A stretch of 34,795 bases of DNA, taken from positions 1 through 34,795 of the forward strand of contig JBIIDY010000002.1 in the NCBI GenBank assembly GCA_044238065.1, read 5' to 3'. Each line of letters begins with the position of its first letter. The first letter of the stretch is position 1. The notes below the pieces were generated by a model, which was not told the origin of the DNA, did no database searches, and saw nothing but the letters and a program-made list of their open reading frames with translations. Below, piece by piece: positions 7,680-16,974 of this stretch. The stretch comes from Limisphaerales bacterium (lineage in GTDB: Bacteria; Patescibacteriota; JACMRA01). The translations under genes were made by a program, and so were the position numbers.

Positions 7680-8153
7680 TCAGTCTTTACTGAGTTTGTC
7701 TCCGCTGAAATACCAATTTTGGGTAATTTTCACCATATTTTGGCAATTAAACATTTCATTTTGACAAAAACCCGTGTCTGAAATGTAGTAATAATAACTT
7801 GCTTTGAAAAATAAATTGATTTGGGTGGTAAATTCTCCAAAAACTATCTTTCCGTTCTCAAATTTGGTTTTAATTTCTCCAAAGTTGGATTTAAAAATTA
7901 GCTGATGTAGTTTTTTGGCTTGAGTATTTTCTATATCACTTTCGCAAGCAGAATTGAAAAAATTTTCACCTTTTATGGTAATTTGCGTGCAATAATCCAT
8001 TCCAGAATTTGAAGCCAAAAAATAGGTAACTTTTTCTTGTTCAAGAAGACTTATTAACTGAGTTGGGAATGGTCTTTTAGTGTTAAAAAAGCCAATGATA
8101 ATAAAAAGACAAATTAATGTGACAATGACAGAAAATAACTTTGAAATAAACAT
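7680..8153 (-). CDS. Hypothetical protein with N-terminal membrane anchor or signal (157 aa)
   Basis: The ORF has an N-terminal hydrophobic segment (LFSVIVTLICLFIIIGFF). Confidence 0.5.
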   Translation of the reverse strand: MFISKLFSVIVTLICLFIIIGFFNTKRPFPTQLISLLEQEKVTYFLASNSGMDYCTQITIKGENFFNSACESDIENTQAKKLHQLIFKSNFGEIKTKFENGKIVFGEFTTQINLFFKASYYYYISDTGFCQNEMFNCQNMVKITQNWYFSGDKLSKD

Positions 8154-8207
8154 ATTTTGAACTGAATTTTTTAATCTTATTTTAGTTATTCTTTACCGAA
8201 TAGATTT

Positions 8208-8846
8208 CTAAATTTTAACCTCTTTCAAATCTGAATTTTCTTTTTTGAAGTTGTAAAATAAATAAAAAATGAGATCAATCAGACCAGCTATGGCGAATAA
8301 GTAGTAATATAAAACGTTTGTACTTACAAAGGTGTCCTCAAAACCTTCAAAAGCTAGAAATAGTGCTACAAACACCAACATAAAAAATGTATTTAGCCAA
8401 ACCCAATAATATTTTTTAAAGCTCAAAAACATAGCATTAAACAAGTTTATAATCATTTGAAATGGTAAAGTAATAAGTAAGTCCAATCGCCAATACAAGC
8501 AATCATTCCTACCAGTATCAAAACAATTAGGTGCGTAAATAGCTAAACTTATAAAATTCCACATAATACAAAAGATGAAAAGTGGCAAAACAAACATTAC
8601 GATAAATAACGGTATTTTTACATTTTTTCTCTGTAGCTGTGTATTACGAATTTGTTTGACTACGTATAAAAGCAAATATGGAATCCAAATTGTAGGTAAA
8701 AAGCTTTCCAAAATATAACTTGGAGTTTGGAGTTGAAATACTAAAAATATCAAGGTAATTATTATTACAGGTAAATAAATAACCAAAATCCACCAATAAC
8801 TAACTGGTTTTTTATTTTGTGTTTTTACTAAATTTTCACCAGGCAT
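8208..8846 (-). CDS. Hypothetical polytopic membrane protein (212 aa)
   Basis: The ORF has at least five hydrophobic helices. Confidence 0.5.
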   Translation of the reverse strand: MPGENLVKTQNKKPVSYWWILVIYLPVIIITLIFLVFQLQTPSYILESFLPTIWIPYLLLYVVKQIRNTQLQRKNVKIPLFIVMFVLPLFIFCIMWNFISLAIYAPNCFDTGRNDCLYWRLDLLITLPFQMIINLFNAMFLSFKKYYWVWLNTFFMLVFVALFLAFEGFEDTFVSTNVLYYYLFAIAGLIDLIFYLFYNFKKENSDLKEVKI

Positions 8847-8957
8847 ACAAGGTTTATTTTAGTGTAAAATTTTTAGGAATTAGCTGTAAAAATCAAAAAA
8901 ACCTTATTAAAAAATAAAGTCTTAGTGAGTTTAAAATAATTTAGAAAAATATAGGAA

Positions 8958-9176
8958 TTAACTAGCTTTTTTACCCATTCTTTCCATTAATTCTGCTTTT
9001 TTATTGTATTCAAAAATACGAATCGCTTTTTGCTTTTGGAGAAGTTTGGATTTTGGCTTGATCCAGTTTAAGGTTTTGCGAACTCTGCCAGTAAGTCCAC
9101 TTTTTTTCACTCTTTTGAGAAAGGTTGCGACAACTTTTTGGGTAGTTGTGTCAGGTTGGCGTTTGACGAGAATCAT
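8958..9176 (-). CDS. rpsU: 30S ribosomal protein S21
   Basis: The size (72 aa), basic composition and the pattern FLKRVKKSGLTGRVRK...KPKSKLLQKQKA parallel E. coli S21 ([34 protein letters not shown]). Confidence 0.7.
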   Translation of the reverse strand: MILVKRQPDTTTQKVVATFLKRVKKSGLTGRVRKTLNWIKPKSKLLQKQKAIRIFEYNKKAELMERMGKKAS

Positions 9177-9274
9177 AAATAGAAATTATAAAGTTGTTAA
9201 ATTTTTTAGTATTATTGGCTAATTTAAAGTGTTTTTTCGCAAGTTAAAATTTTTTTCAAATTAATTATACGAAT

Positions 9275-9796
9275 TTATTCAGCTTTAGCAGCTTTGATTC
9301 CACGGGCTACACTAGCTGGGATTTCTTTGATAGCGATTGCTAATTTGGCTGTAATTTGGTTGATTGAACCAGCTACCATCGCCATAGAATCGTTGAAAGT
9401 TGGAGTATCAGCTAGCTTTTTGGCATCCTCTGCACTCAAGAATTCTCCATTGACAATACAACCTAAAATTTCAAAATTATCTGAAAAGTCTTTTTTGACA
9501 GCTTTGATAATGATTTTTGGAACAGTAACTTCATCGCTTTTGGCAGCATCTTCCATAAAAGCTAAATAAGTTTGACCAATTAAAGCTGGTGTTTTGAAAG
9601 CCTTTTGGATCAAAGTGTTTTTTGCCACTTGAACGATGACACCCTGCCCACGAGCTTGGGAACGAAATTCATGATTTGAGACGGAGTTAGTTGCTTTGCA
9701 GCCTTTGGTGGTGAGTAATAAAACCGCTTTTTGACCAGCATAACAAGTATTTAGTTGATCAAAAATTACAGTTTTTTGTTTGCGAGTAAGTGCCAT
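9275..9796 (-). CDS. rplJ: 50S ribosomal protein L10
   Basis: MALTRKQKTVIFDQL...AVLLLTTKG...HEFRSQARGQGVIVQVAKNTLIQKAF matches the L10 N-terminal pattern (MALNLQDKQAIV...[22 protein letters not shown]). Confidence 0.85.
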   Translation of the reverse strand: MALTRKQKTVIFDQLNTCYAGQKAVLLLTTKGCKATNSVSNHEFRSQARGQGVIVQVAKNTLIQKAFKTPALIGQTYLAFMEDAAKSDEVTVPKIIIKAVKKDFSDNFEILGCIVNGEFLSAEDAKKLADTPTFNDSMAMVAGSINQITAKLAIAIKEIPASVARGIKAAKAE

Positions 9797-9922
9797 AAAT
9801 TGTTTTTCAAAAATAGTTTCAAAAGTTTAAATTAGTTTATTGGAATTATGAAATTAGAGTATTATTTTTTTTACGATTTTTAGTACTTACAATATCTTAA
9901 AATTTTCAAGATTTATTAGTTA

Positions 9923-10570
9923 CTATTTTTCCTCTTTAGCAGCATCTTTAACACCCTTGACAACTTCAGTTACCACGGTAGTTTCGGTTTCAGTTTCTAC
10001 GGTTTGACCAGATAGAATGACAAGAGGTAGATCGCTTTCAGTTATTATCTTGTAATTTTCGTTTAATGGTAAGTCGGTGATTTTGATAGAATCGTGAATA
10101 TGAGCCAAGTTAGTTACATCTATTTGAATTTCTTCAGGTAAATTATTTGGCAAAGCTTCAATTTTAACTTCGTCGATATTGATAACCAAAACACCACCTT
10201 CTTCCTTGATGCCAAGTGCTTCACCAACGTAAACCAGTGGAACAGAAGCGGTAATTTTTTCTTTGAGATTAACTGCCAAAAAATCAACGTGGCGTAAAAC
10301 CCCTTTAACTGGATGAATGTCAATATCCTGAACCAAAGAAGGTTGGATTTTAGTTTTGCCTTTTTCATCGGTGATTTCTATGTTGACGACATGGGTTGTG
10401 CCAGCAGTTTTGATGGTTTTGTAGGCAGTTTTGTAGTCAATTTCTATCGCTTGAGAGCCAGTTTTTTTGGAATAGACGACAGCTGGTAAGAGTCCAGTTC
10501 GGATAAGTTTTTTGGCTTGATGTCCGAGCATGGTGCGGACTTTGGCTGGAAGGGTAATGGTGGTAGACAT
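9923..10570 (-). CDS. rplY: 50S ribosomal protein L25 / general stress protein Ctc
   Basis: LPAKVRTMLGHQAKKLIRTGLLPAVVYSKK...HVVNIEI...VQDIDIHPVKGVLRHVDFLAV is the typical L25/Ctc fold signature, followed by an acidic C-terminal extension. Confidence 0.85.
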   Translation of the reverse strand: MSTTITLPAKVRTMLGHQAKKLIRTGLLPAVVYSKKTGSQAIEIDYKTAYKTIKTAGTTHVVNIEITDEKGKTKIQPSLVQDIDIHPVKGVLRHVDFLAVNLKEKITASVPLVYVGEALGIKEEGGVLVINIDEVKIEALPNNLPEEIQIDVTNLAHIHDSIKITDLPLNENYKIITESDLPLVILSGQTVETETETTVVTEVVKGVKDAAKEEK

Positions 10571-10703
10571 TTCAAAATAGTCAGAAAATAAAAAATTGCG
10601 ATTTGAATTGTGGTTGTAATCAGTAGTTACAATTGCGCGTAAAATTAGTCAAAATAGATTTTTGAAAATTGTCAAATTTATTTCTTAACATGGTAAAAAA
10701 TTC

Positions 10704-10732
10704 TTGACAGGCCTTAATTTTTGTGCTATAAT
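10704..10732 (+). promoter_or_regulatory. Consensus extended -10 sigma70 promoter for the 10767-13964 gene pair
   Basis: TTGACA (10704-10709), 17 nt, TGcTATAAT (10724-10732). Confidence 0.7.
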
Positions 10733-10766
10733 ACATTTCATATTAACTAAATCACTAAAAACTACT

Positions 10767-12083
10767 ATGGATAATACAATAATAAAATTACGCGGCAGTA
10801 AAAAAGAAATTACAAACAACATTGGGGGGGTATCAATAACAGAAACTATAACTTACATTCTTACGCAATGTATTGCCCAACTCAATATTGACAAGACCCT
10901 AATACAGCAGTTTTTGTCAAAACTTGAATCTTTAGATAAACCTTTAACAAGCGATGGTTTGCTGGCTATGTTGAATGATAAGGAAATGGGCGTAGAAACA
11001 TTGGGTATTATTCTTAAGCTTTCTTATGTCAAGGAAAATGGTACAGGTGAAAATCGATCTTTAGAATGGCAAGTATCTTCAGAAAAATTAGCAAAACTAC
11101 TCAATGATTTGTATAATTCTCATGAAGCTAAAGAATACATGGATACACTGCTTGGTAGCATTGTAGCTTATAAGGGTCATTGTGGGATTAAAAATAAAAA
11201 TAATAACCATTTTGAATTATACCCAATTGATTACGGAACTCGTAAAACTAGAGGAATGATTTTATCCGAAGCTCCACAAATTAGACAGATAATAGAAAAC
11301 AACCTTGCAATATCACACGAAGTTAGACAGCTTTTTTTTGCTTTTGGTATGTATGAAATTTTTGATGTGATTGGTCCGTATTTAGATGATCCAAACTTTA
11401 GAGCCATTTTGCGAACAGAACTGAATAATGGAGGCAGATCTGAAACCATATTAACTGTTGCTGATATTATTTCTATAATTTGCTTAGAAAATCCTAGTAA
11501 AGATGAAACTACATATGGTAAAAATAGGCATTGGGACTATTGGAAAAATATATCTGAAGCTATAGGGAGCCCTACAACGCAACAAGACTCTAAACAAATT
11601 GGCGATGCTTACGGTTTAGGCAGCCAAATTTTAGAAAGATATGCGTCAAAATATGAGAATGAACCAAAATATAAAGAATTAGATGCTGTATGGGAAATTA
11701 TTTCACAATTGTATGATGAAGGTGAAATGCCTGATAAAAAGGAATTTGATGAAAAGATTGAATTATATGAAAGGCTAAATTCTACTAGAAATATAGTAAA
11801 TTATGAAACATATCTAAAATTGCAAGCTATGAAAAAAATAGCTGAATATTTAGGTTATGACGAAAGTTTGAGTGTGTTTTACGAATCAGAAGGTGAAGAT
11901 TTTGATGGCACAATAGAAAAGATAACCAAAGGGGTTGAGGTGGCAGACAATGAAGCTTTGAAAGAATTATACCGTATTTTATCTGCAGAAAAAACAAAAT
12001 CACCTGAAGAGATAAATAAACAAAAAGAAGTTGATGAAAAAGATGGAGAAGGGGAAAATGATCTTGATGATATATGGGGTTAA
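10767..12083 (+). CDS. Hypothetical protein (438 aa) with acidic C-terminal tail
   Basis: This is a long ORF. I prefer the ATG at 10767 (MDNTIIKLRGS) because the TTG at 10704 in the ORF track coincides with the -35 box. I recognise no P-loop, nuclease or other motif. Confidence 0.65.
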   Translation: MDNTIIKLRGSKKEITNNIGGVSITETITYILTQCIAQLNIDKTLIQQFLSKLESLDKPLTSDGLLAMLNDKEMGVETLGIILKLSYVKENGTGENRSLEWQVSSEKLAKLLNDLYNSHEAKEYMDTLLGSIVAYKGHCGIKNKNNNHFELYPIDYGTRKTRGMILSEAPQIRQIIENNLAISHEVRQLFFAFGMYEIFDVIGPYLDDPNFRAILRTELNNGGRSETILTVADIISIICLENPSKDETTYGKNRHWDYWKNISEAIGSPTTQQDSKQIGDAYGLGSQILERYASKYENEPKYKELDAVWEIISQLYDEGEMPDKKEFDEKIELYERLNSTRNIVNYETYLKLQAMKKIAEYLGYDESLSVFYESEGEDFDGTIEKITKGVEVADNEALKELYRILSAEKTKSPEEINKQKEVDEKDGEGENDLDDIWG

Positions 12084-12110
12084 ATTTTTTAAGATTAATT
12101 ATTTTAATAT

Positions 12111-13964
12111 ATGGAAAAAAGGTTATCTATAGTACATTTACCAAGTGAAAATTCAGTGGAGGAAATTCCCAATTCAGTGATTAATTATGAATCGCTGCGT
12201 GGTGCTTTATCACCATCTGAATATGAAGCGTTATACGAATCAATTTCACATATTGCGTTGTCAATGTGTCTGGTAGATTGGACCAAAAAAGGATTTCCTA
12301 CTAATAGAGAGGCGGAAAATTTGGATACTCTTGAGCGAATAAAATCTTTTATTAAAAAAATAGAAAGCCTTTTAAATCTTATTCTCAGTGAAAAAAACAC
12401 TAAAGAATTACAGGATTTAATTTCAAAAGAAGCGGAAAAAGCAAAGGTCGAATCAAGAAGAATACTTTTAGAGAAAAGAAGAATACTTTTAGAGAAAATT
12501 AAACAGCTTCATCCAGATATTTCAAATAATCAAAATTTAGATGATCAACAACATTTGGAATTATTGGAATTAAAAAATTTATTGCAAGAACTGAGAGATT
12601 TAAATAAAAAACCTGGTAATACAAACATAGATGAAATAAAAGAAACTGTTTTAAAGGATCTTATTTTATATACAAATGATAATGGTGTGGAAGGTGTGAA
12701 AAAATTTATACGAAACAACCCTCTTGCCAGAAAAATGCTTGAATTAATTAAACCAGAAATAGATTTTTTTGGAATAATATGCAAGAAACCAGAACTGGTA
12801 GAAAACTTTGCTAAAGAAAATAATGATAAAATAAGGCAAAGTTATGATAGTGCAGCACAGCAAGAAAGAGCTGAAACTGAACGCAATAATCAAAAAATAC
12901 AAACCCAAAGGGATGATGTTGTCCAAGGTATTATTCGGGTAGACGAGGAAATATTTAACTTAGATTGGTGTATAAAGCATTTAAAAAATTTTATCAGATC
13001 AAGAGATGTAAGTACACATTGGATAGATGTTGATTTTTCAGATAAAATTAATTACAAGATGACAAAAGAAATTACTTTAATAAATGAAATTTTAGACAGT
13101 TGTCTACTTTATAAAGAAGAAATATCTAGCTTAGAAAGTAATTATACTAATTTGTATAAAGAATTGGAAAATTTAAAAAATATGTTTTCAGGGATTGAAG
13201 ATACTAATAAACTAGTTAAACTCTATATTAAAATTATTAATTCATTTAGTTCTTGGAAATTAGACATTTCATCCTTAACTACTTTTGAATTCTATAAATA
13301 TGGTATTTATGAAAAAACTAAAAGCTTTCCCAGCGATACAAAAGTAAATGAAAAAAATATAACTGAATTAATTAATCATGGTTATTTAGAAAAATGTGCT
13401 GAGAAAATTAATTACAGAACATGTTTTAGCGATAATGATAGCCAGTGGAATGACAAAGGAAATAAAGATGGAGTTCATTACTTATTAGAAAAAGTTACTA
13501 AAATTAACAAAACTTACATATCCTTAAAAATTTTATCCTCAATAATAAAGTCAGTTCAAGAACCCATGAAGATTGAAGAATATATAATAAACATAGAAAG
13601 TATGTTGGAAATACTTACAGAGTATAGTAAAGGAAGGGGGGAACTAGCAAAAAAAGCATCGGATTTAGCCCCTTACATACTTACTGTCTTGGAACTGGCA
13701 AAGTTAAAAATGGTGAAAAAACGAGCATCTTTAGAGCTGGAGAGGAGTAATATACCAAAGAGTAAATCAACCCTATCCTCACAACAAATAGAAAAAAATA
13801 TTGAAAATTTGGTAGATCAATTTGGTCAGCTATTAGAAAATATTCAAATAACATGTAACTTAGTAGATCATTCATCTCCACAATTGGTTTTATCCAAATT
13901 TGCACCTTGGAAAAGCCTTTCAGAATTATACCAAGAATTGAAAAAAATATCAATTAGTGAATAA
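12111..13964 (+). CDS. Hypothetical coiled-coil-rich protein (617 aa)
   Basis: This long ORF starts 27 nt after the previous stop, so the two are probably co-transcribed. It has heptad-like K/E/L-rich segments and contains an RDVSTH (Rx4H) string. Confidence 0.65.
   Translation: MEKRLSIVHLPSENSVEEIPNSVINYESLRGALSPSEYEALYESISHIALSMCLVDWTKKGFPTNREAENLDTLERIKSFIKKIESLLNLILSEKNTKELQDLISKEAEKAKVESRRILLEKRRILLEKIKQLHPDISNNQNLDDQQHLELLELKNLLQELRDLNKKPGNTNIDEIKETVLKDLILYTNDNGVEGVKKFIRNNPLARKMLELIKPEIDFFGIICKKPELVENFAKENNDKIRQSYDSAAQQERAETERNNQKIQTQRDDVVQGIIRVDEEIFNLDWCIKHLKNFIRSRDVSTHWIDVDFSDKINYKMTKEITLINEILDSCLLYKEEISSLESNYTNLYKELENLKNMFSGIEDTNKLVKLYIKIINSFSSWKLDISSLTTFEFYKYGIYEKTKSFPSDTKVNEKNITELINHGYLEKCAEKINYRTCFSDNDSQWNDKGNKDGVHYLLEKVTKINKTYISLKILSSIIKSVQEPMKIEEYIINIESMLEILTEYSKGRGELAKKASDLAPYILTVLELAKLKMVKKRASLELERSNIPKSKSTLSSQQIEKNIENLVDQFGQLLENIQITCNLVDHSSPQLVLSKFAPWKSLSELYQELKKISISE
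12456..12497 (+). repeat. Perfect in-frame 21-bp tandem duplication (agaagaatacttttagagaaa x2)
   Basis: Read directly from the sequence. It encodes RRILLEK RRILLEK. Confidence 0.95.
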
Positions 13965-14004
13965 AAAAATTAATTCCAATTATAAAGTTATATCAACTCG
14001 AAGC

Positions 14005-14709
14005 CTACTCCAAAATCCTTATAAAATTGAGATTGATTTGCCCTTTTTCATTTATTTGCCCGATTTGACATTCCAGGGTTTGCCCAATTTGAACCACGTC
14101 TTCGGCTTTGGTGCCACGGGTTTTGGAAAGACTGGAAATGTGAATCATCCCTTCCTTGCCTTCAAAATTAATAAAAGCCCCAAAACTTTCTATGCGAAAA
14201 ACCTTCCCGGAAACGATTTCTCCAACCTCGTAATTTTTGATAAGTCCCAAAATTTTGGATTTAGCGGCTAGGACATTTTCCATATCTCTGCCATAAATAA
14301 AGGTTTCGCCAGTGTCGTTATTCAAATCAATTTCTACGCTAAATTCAGTTTGCATTCCGTTAATTATAGAGCCACCGGAGCCGATAACATCACGAATTTT
14401 GTCAATCGGAACCAACATTCTGACCACTTTTGGTGCGTTTTCACTAATAGCTTGATTTGGCTCATTGATGACTTTTTTCATTTCGTCCAAAATATGAATT
14501 CTAGCCTTCTTTGATTCCAATAGGGCATTTTTGAGAATTTGGCTTGTCAGTCCCGCCACTTTATTATCCAGCTGAATGGCTGTCACACCGTCACGAGTTC
14601 CCGTAACCTTAAAATCCATATCGGCGTGGTGATCTTCCCAGCCCAAAATATCGGTAATTAAGGTAAATTCGTTATTTTGAGAGTTTGGTTGAGGGTACAA
14701 AATGGACAT
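14005..14709 (-). CDS. pnp: Polynucleotide phosphorylase C-terminal third only (end of second RNase PH domain, KH and S1); a truncated gene or stand-alone RNA-binding protein
   Basis: LITDILGWEDHHADMDFKVTGTRDGVTAIQLDNKV matches the PNPase GDMDFKVAGT..GITALQMDIK block. The KH GxxG motif is VIGSGGSIING, and the S1 domain reads VGEIVSGKVFRIESFGAFINFEGKEGMIHIS. About 470 N-terminal residues are missing, and only ~350 bp of AT-rich non-coding DNA lies upstream. Confidence 0.8.
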   Translation of the reverse strand: MSILYPQPNSQNNEFTLITDILGWEDHHADMDFKVTGTRDGVTAIQLDNKVAGLTSQILKNALLESKKARIHILDEMKKVINEPNQAISENAPKVVRMLVPIDKIRDVIGSGGSIINGMQTEFSVEIDLNNDTGETFIYGRDMENVLAAKSKILGLIKNYEVGEIVSGKVFRIESFGAFINFEGKEGMIHISSLSKTRGTKAEDVVQIGQTLECQIGQINEKGQINLNFIRILE

Positions 14710-15055
14710 ATTGATTTTGAAATAAATTTTGAAATTAGGGTTAAGTGGGATTTTTAGATTAATTTTAAATTATTTTAAGAGGTTTTTAATTCTAAAATAT
14801 TTCAAGTAAAATTAAGTCAACAAAAATAACAGTCTTCTGGAGAGTTCTAATTTGACAAAAAATAATTTAGTATTTATTAAAAAACTTGACTTTAGAAACA
14901 TTATTTTACTTTTTTTTAAGTTATGAGAATTATTTTTTTCTTGTCAATTTTCTAAAAATAGTTTTAAATAAATTGAGTTGAAAAATAGGTTGAAAAATAG
15001 CCTTATTTTTACTTTATACTAACCAACTTTTTATACAACTTTTCATAAAATCTAT

Positions 15056-15433
15056 ATGCCAAAATCAAAAAAAACTATTATTGCCGTCGTAGTTGCTATT
15101 ATTTTAATCATTATTGCTGTTATAGCTATTGTTGCTAATAATAGAGATCGTGGTAATAGTTCTAAAAACAGCAATTCATCATCACTATCTTCATCAAGCT
15201 CTCAATCAGTTATTTCTTCTAGTGTGAGCTCACAGCAGCTTTCAGTACCAAGCAACAGTCCAGACCAAGAGATGAATATTAACCCTATTGCTCCACTTCC
15301 AGTCCCACAGGTAGATGGTGAAATTTCAATGAGCAATACCCCTATGAGTGATGCCCCTACAAGTGTAACCAGTAGTTTGGAGACATCTTCAACTCCAGTA
15401 AGTTCAACTCCTTTAGCTTCAGCTAACCCTTAA
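15056..15433 (+). CDS. N-terminally anchored Ser/Pro-rich low-complexity protein (125 aa)
   Basis: A TM helix (IIAVVVAIILIIIAVIAIV) is followed by S-rich and P-rich tracts. Confidence 0.55.
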   Translation: MPKSKKTIIAVVVAIILIIIAVIAIVANNRDRGNSSKNSNSSSLSSSSSQSVISSSVSSQQLSVPSNSPDQEMNINPIAPLPVPQVDGEISMSNTPMSDAPTSVTSSLETSSTPVSSTPLASANP

Positions 15434-15818
15434 TTTATCCTGTGCCCATTTTCTAAAAACTTTTATATTTTTTTTTGGTCATTTTTTATATTTTACCGAA
15501 AATAAAATAATTGTTAATAGAGATGGGTATTTGGTCAAAATCTAACCAACGATTACAAACCAAGGCAAAATAAAGTAAAAATTTGAAGCCTGTGAGTTTT
15601 TATACCATTTTTAACAGCTGCACTAATTGAATTTTTTTTACTAATTCAGATATTTTTTGAATTAAAAACTTTAACTTCAAGGATAATTTCAAACCTAATT
15701 TCAGGTCTATTTTTTAAAATTTTTGTTCTTAATTCATTTAATTGATCAGTGAAAGATCTTTGGGTTTTTGTTACAAATGGTATCAAAATTATTTTTGTTG
15801 AATTATTTTTTATTTTTT

Positions 15819-16559
15819 ATGCTCAAAACCAAAATTAAACTTTTAAAAAAAGAAAAACTTGCTCCGCAAACTTACTTTTTAGAATTTTTTTGCCCCGATA
15901 AAATAGAGCTCAAAGCTGGACAATTCGCTAATTTTAATATCCCAGTGGAAAACAAACTGGAAAATTCGAACCAGACTCAAACAGAAAATGAAGGAAAATC
16001 CACAGTATGGCGATCTTACTCTTTTTGTGGTCTAAAAAATACTGATGAAGGTCAAATTTGGCAATTTTTGGTCAGTTCTAAAATGGGAGGGCCAGCCAGC
16101 CAGCTTTTTGATAAATGTGAAGTTGGTTTGGAAATTAACGCGATGGCACCGATTGGACGCTTTAGGGTTATTAATTCTTCGTCGGAAAAAATTTTTGTTT
16201 GTACAGGCACGGGAATTGCCCCTTTTGTGGCGATGATTGAAGAGAGTTTGAAACTTGCCAAGACTACTTTATTTTTTGGAACAAGTGCGGAGATTGGTGA
16301 TTATGGGCGAGTTTTATGCGACAAATTCCTAGATCATCCTAATTTTAGAATGTATTCAGGAATGTTTCCGGATAGAGTTGACAATGAAACTGAATTTGTT
16401 AAAAATGGCACCGTGACCGAGCTTTTACCAATAGTTTTGACTGATTTTGAAAAAGAGTTTTATCTTTGTGGTAACCCCTTTATGGTTCAAGATGTAGAAA
16501 AAATGCTACTTGAAAAAGGAGTTCAAACGATCGTCAAAGAAAATTTTGGCAAAATATAA
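15819..16559 (+). CDS. Ferredoxin-NADP reductase-like FAD/NAD(P)-binding oxidoreductase
   Basis: It has the FAD-binding RxYS motif (WRSYSF), GGPASQ, and the NAD(P)-binding IFVCTGTGIAPF. I prefer the ATG at 15819 over the TTG at 15768. Confidence 0.7.
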   Translation: MLKTKIKLLKKEKLAPQTYFLEFFCPDKIELKAGQFANFNIPVENKLENSNQTQTENEGKSTVWRSYSFCGLKNTDEGQIWQFLVSSKMGGPASQLFDKCEVGLEINAMAPIGRFRVINSSSEKIFVCTGTGIAPFVAMIEESLKLAKTTLFFGTSAEIGDYGRVLCDKFLDHPNFRMYSGMFPDRVDNETEFVKNGTVTELLPIVLTDFEKEFYLCGNPFMVQDVEKMLLEKGVQTIVKENFGKI

Positions 16560-16660
16560 AAATTCTATAAAAAAAATAAACCTCTTTTCTAATTCTAATC
16601 GTTAAATCTTACAAATTTTCGCTACCAATTTCTCCAAAAAAACCAATTTCGTCATAAAAA

Positions 16661-16743
16661 TTCACTTTTTCAAAACCAATTTTCACTTACTTTTGGCCAA
16701 ACTTTGCGAAATCTAAATACTTTTTCAAAACCTGAAAATTTTC
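16661..16743 (+). repeat. ~85-bp dispersed repeat, copy A (inverted partner at 30622-30706)
   Basis: The reverse complement gaaaattttcaggttttgaaaaagtatttagatttcgcaaagttt...gttttgaaaaagtgaa aligns with taaaattttcaggttttggaaaagtgtttagatttcaaaaagttt...gttttggaaaagtgaa at 30622-30706. Confidence 0.8.
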
Positions 16744-16784
16744 TAAATTATATTTTTGGAGGTTGTTCTAAAAACTAACCAAAA

Positions 16785-16810
16785 CTCTGGAAATATGTCT
16801 ATTAAAAAAA
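16785..16810 (+). repeat. 26-bp exact repeat, copy 2 (ctctggaaatatgtctattaaaaaaa)
   Basis: It is identical to 5386-5411. Here its ATG opens only a 7-codon ORF. Confidence 0.85.
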
Positions 16811-16974
16811 CTAACTAACGGAGATGTTTAAGAAAAATAACAAAGCTCAATCAAAAAAACAAACCAATTTCAAAAAAGTAGAATTATTAAAAAATCCAGT
16901 AAAAATCAATTTTAAAAAAACAACCAACTTATTCAAGTATTTTCAACCACTTTCAAACATTTTAGTAAAAATTT

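Noticed and set aside
10704-10766. TTG start at 10704 for the 459-aa ORF
   Set aside because: The TTG is the first half of the TTGACA -35 hexamer of a consensus promoter, and the ATG at 10767 lies downstream of the -10 box. I therefore shortened the CDS.
13957-14271. 104-aa plus-strand ORF
   Set aside because: It is antisense to the well-conserved S1/KH part of the pnp fragment and has no features of its own.
14710-16974. The idea that the truncated genes are artefacts of an alternative genetic code (TGA read as an amino acid, as in Gracilibacteria/SR1)
   Set aside because: The regions upstream of the pnp, glyQS and mnmA fragments contain many TAA and TAG stops in all frames. They are also too short to hold the missing domains. 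Long intact ORFs here (e.g. 23037-24539) terminate at TGA.
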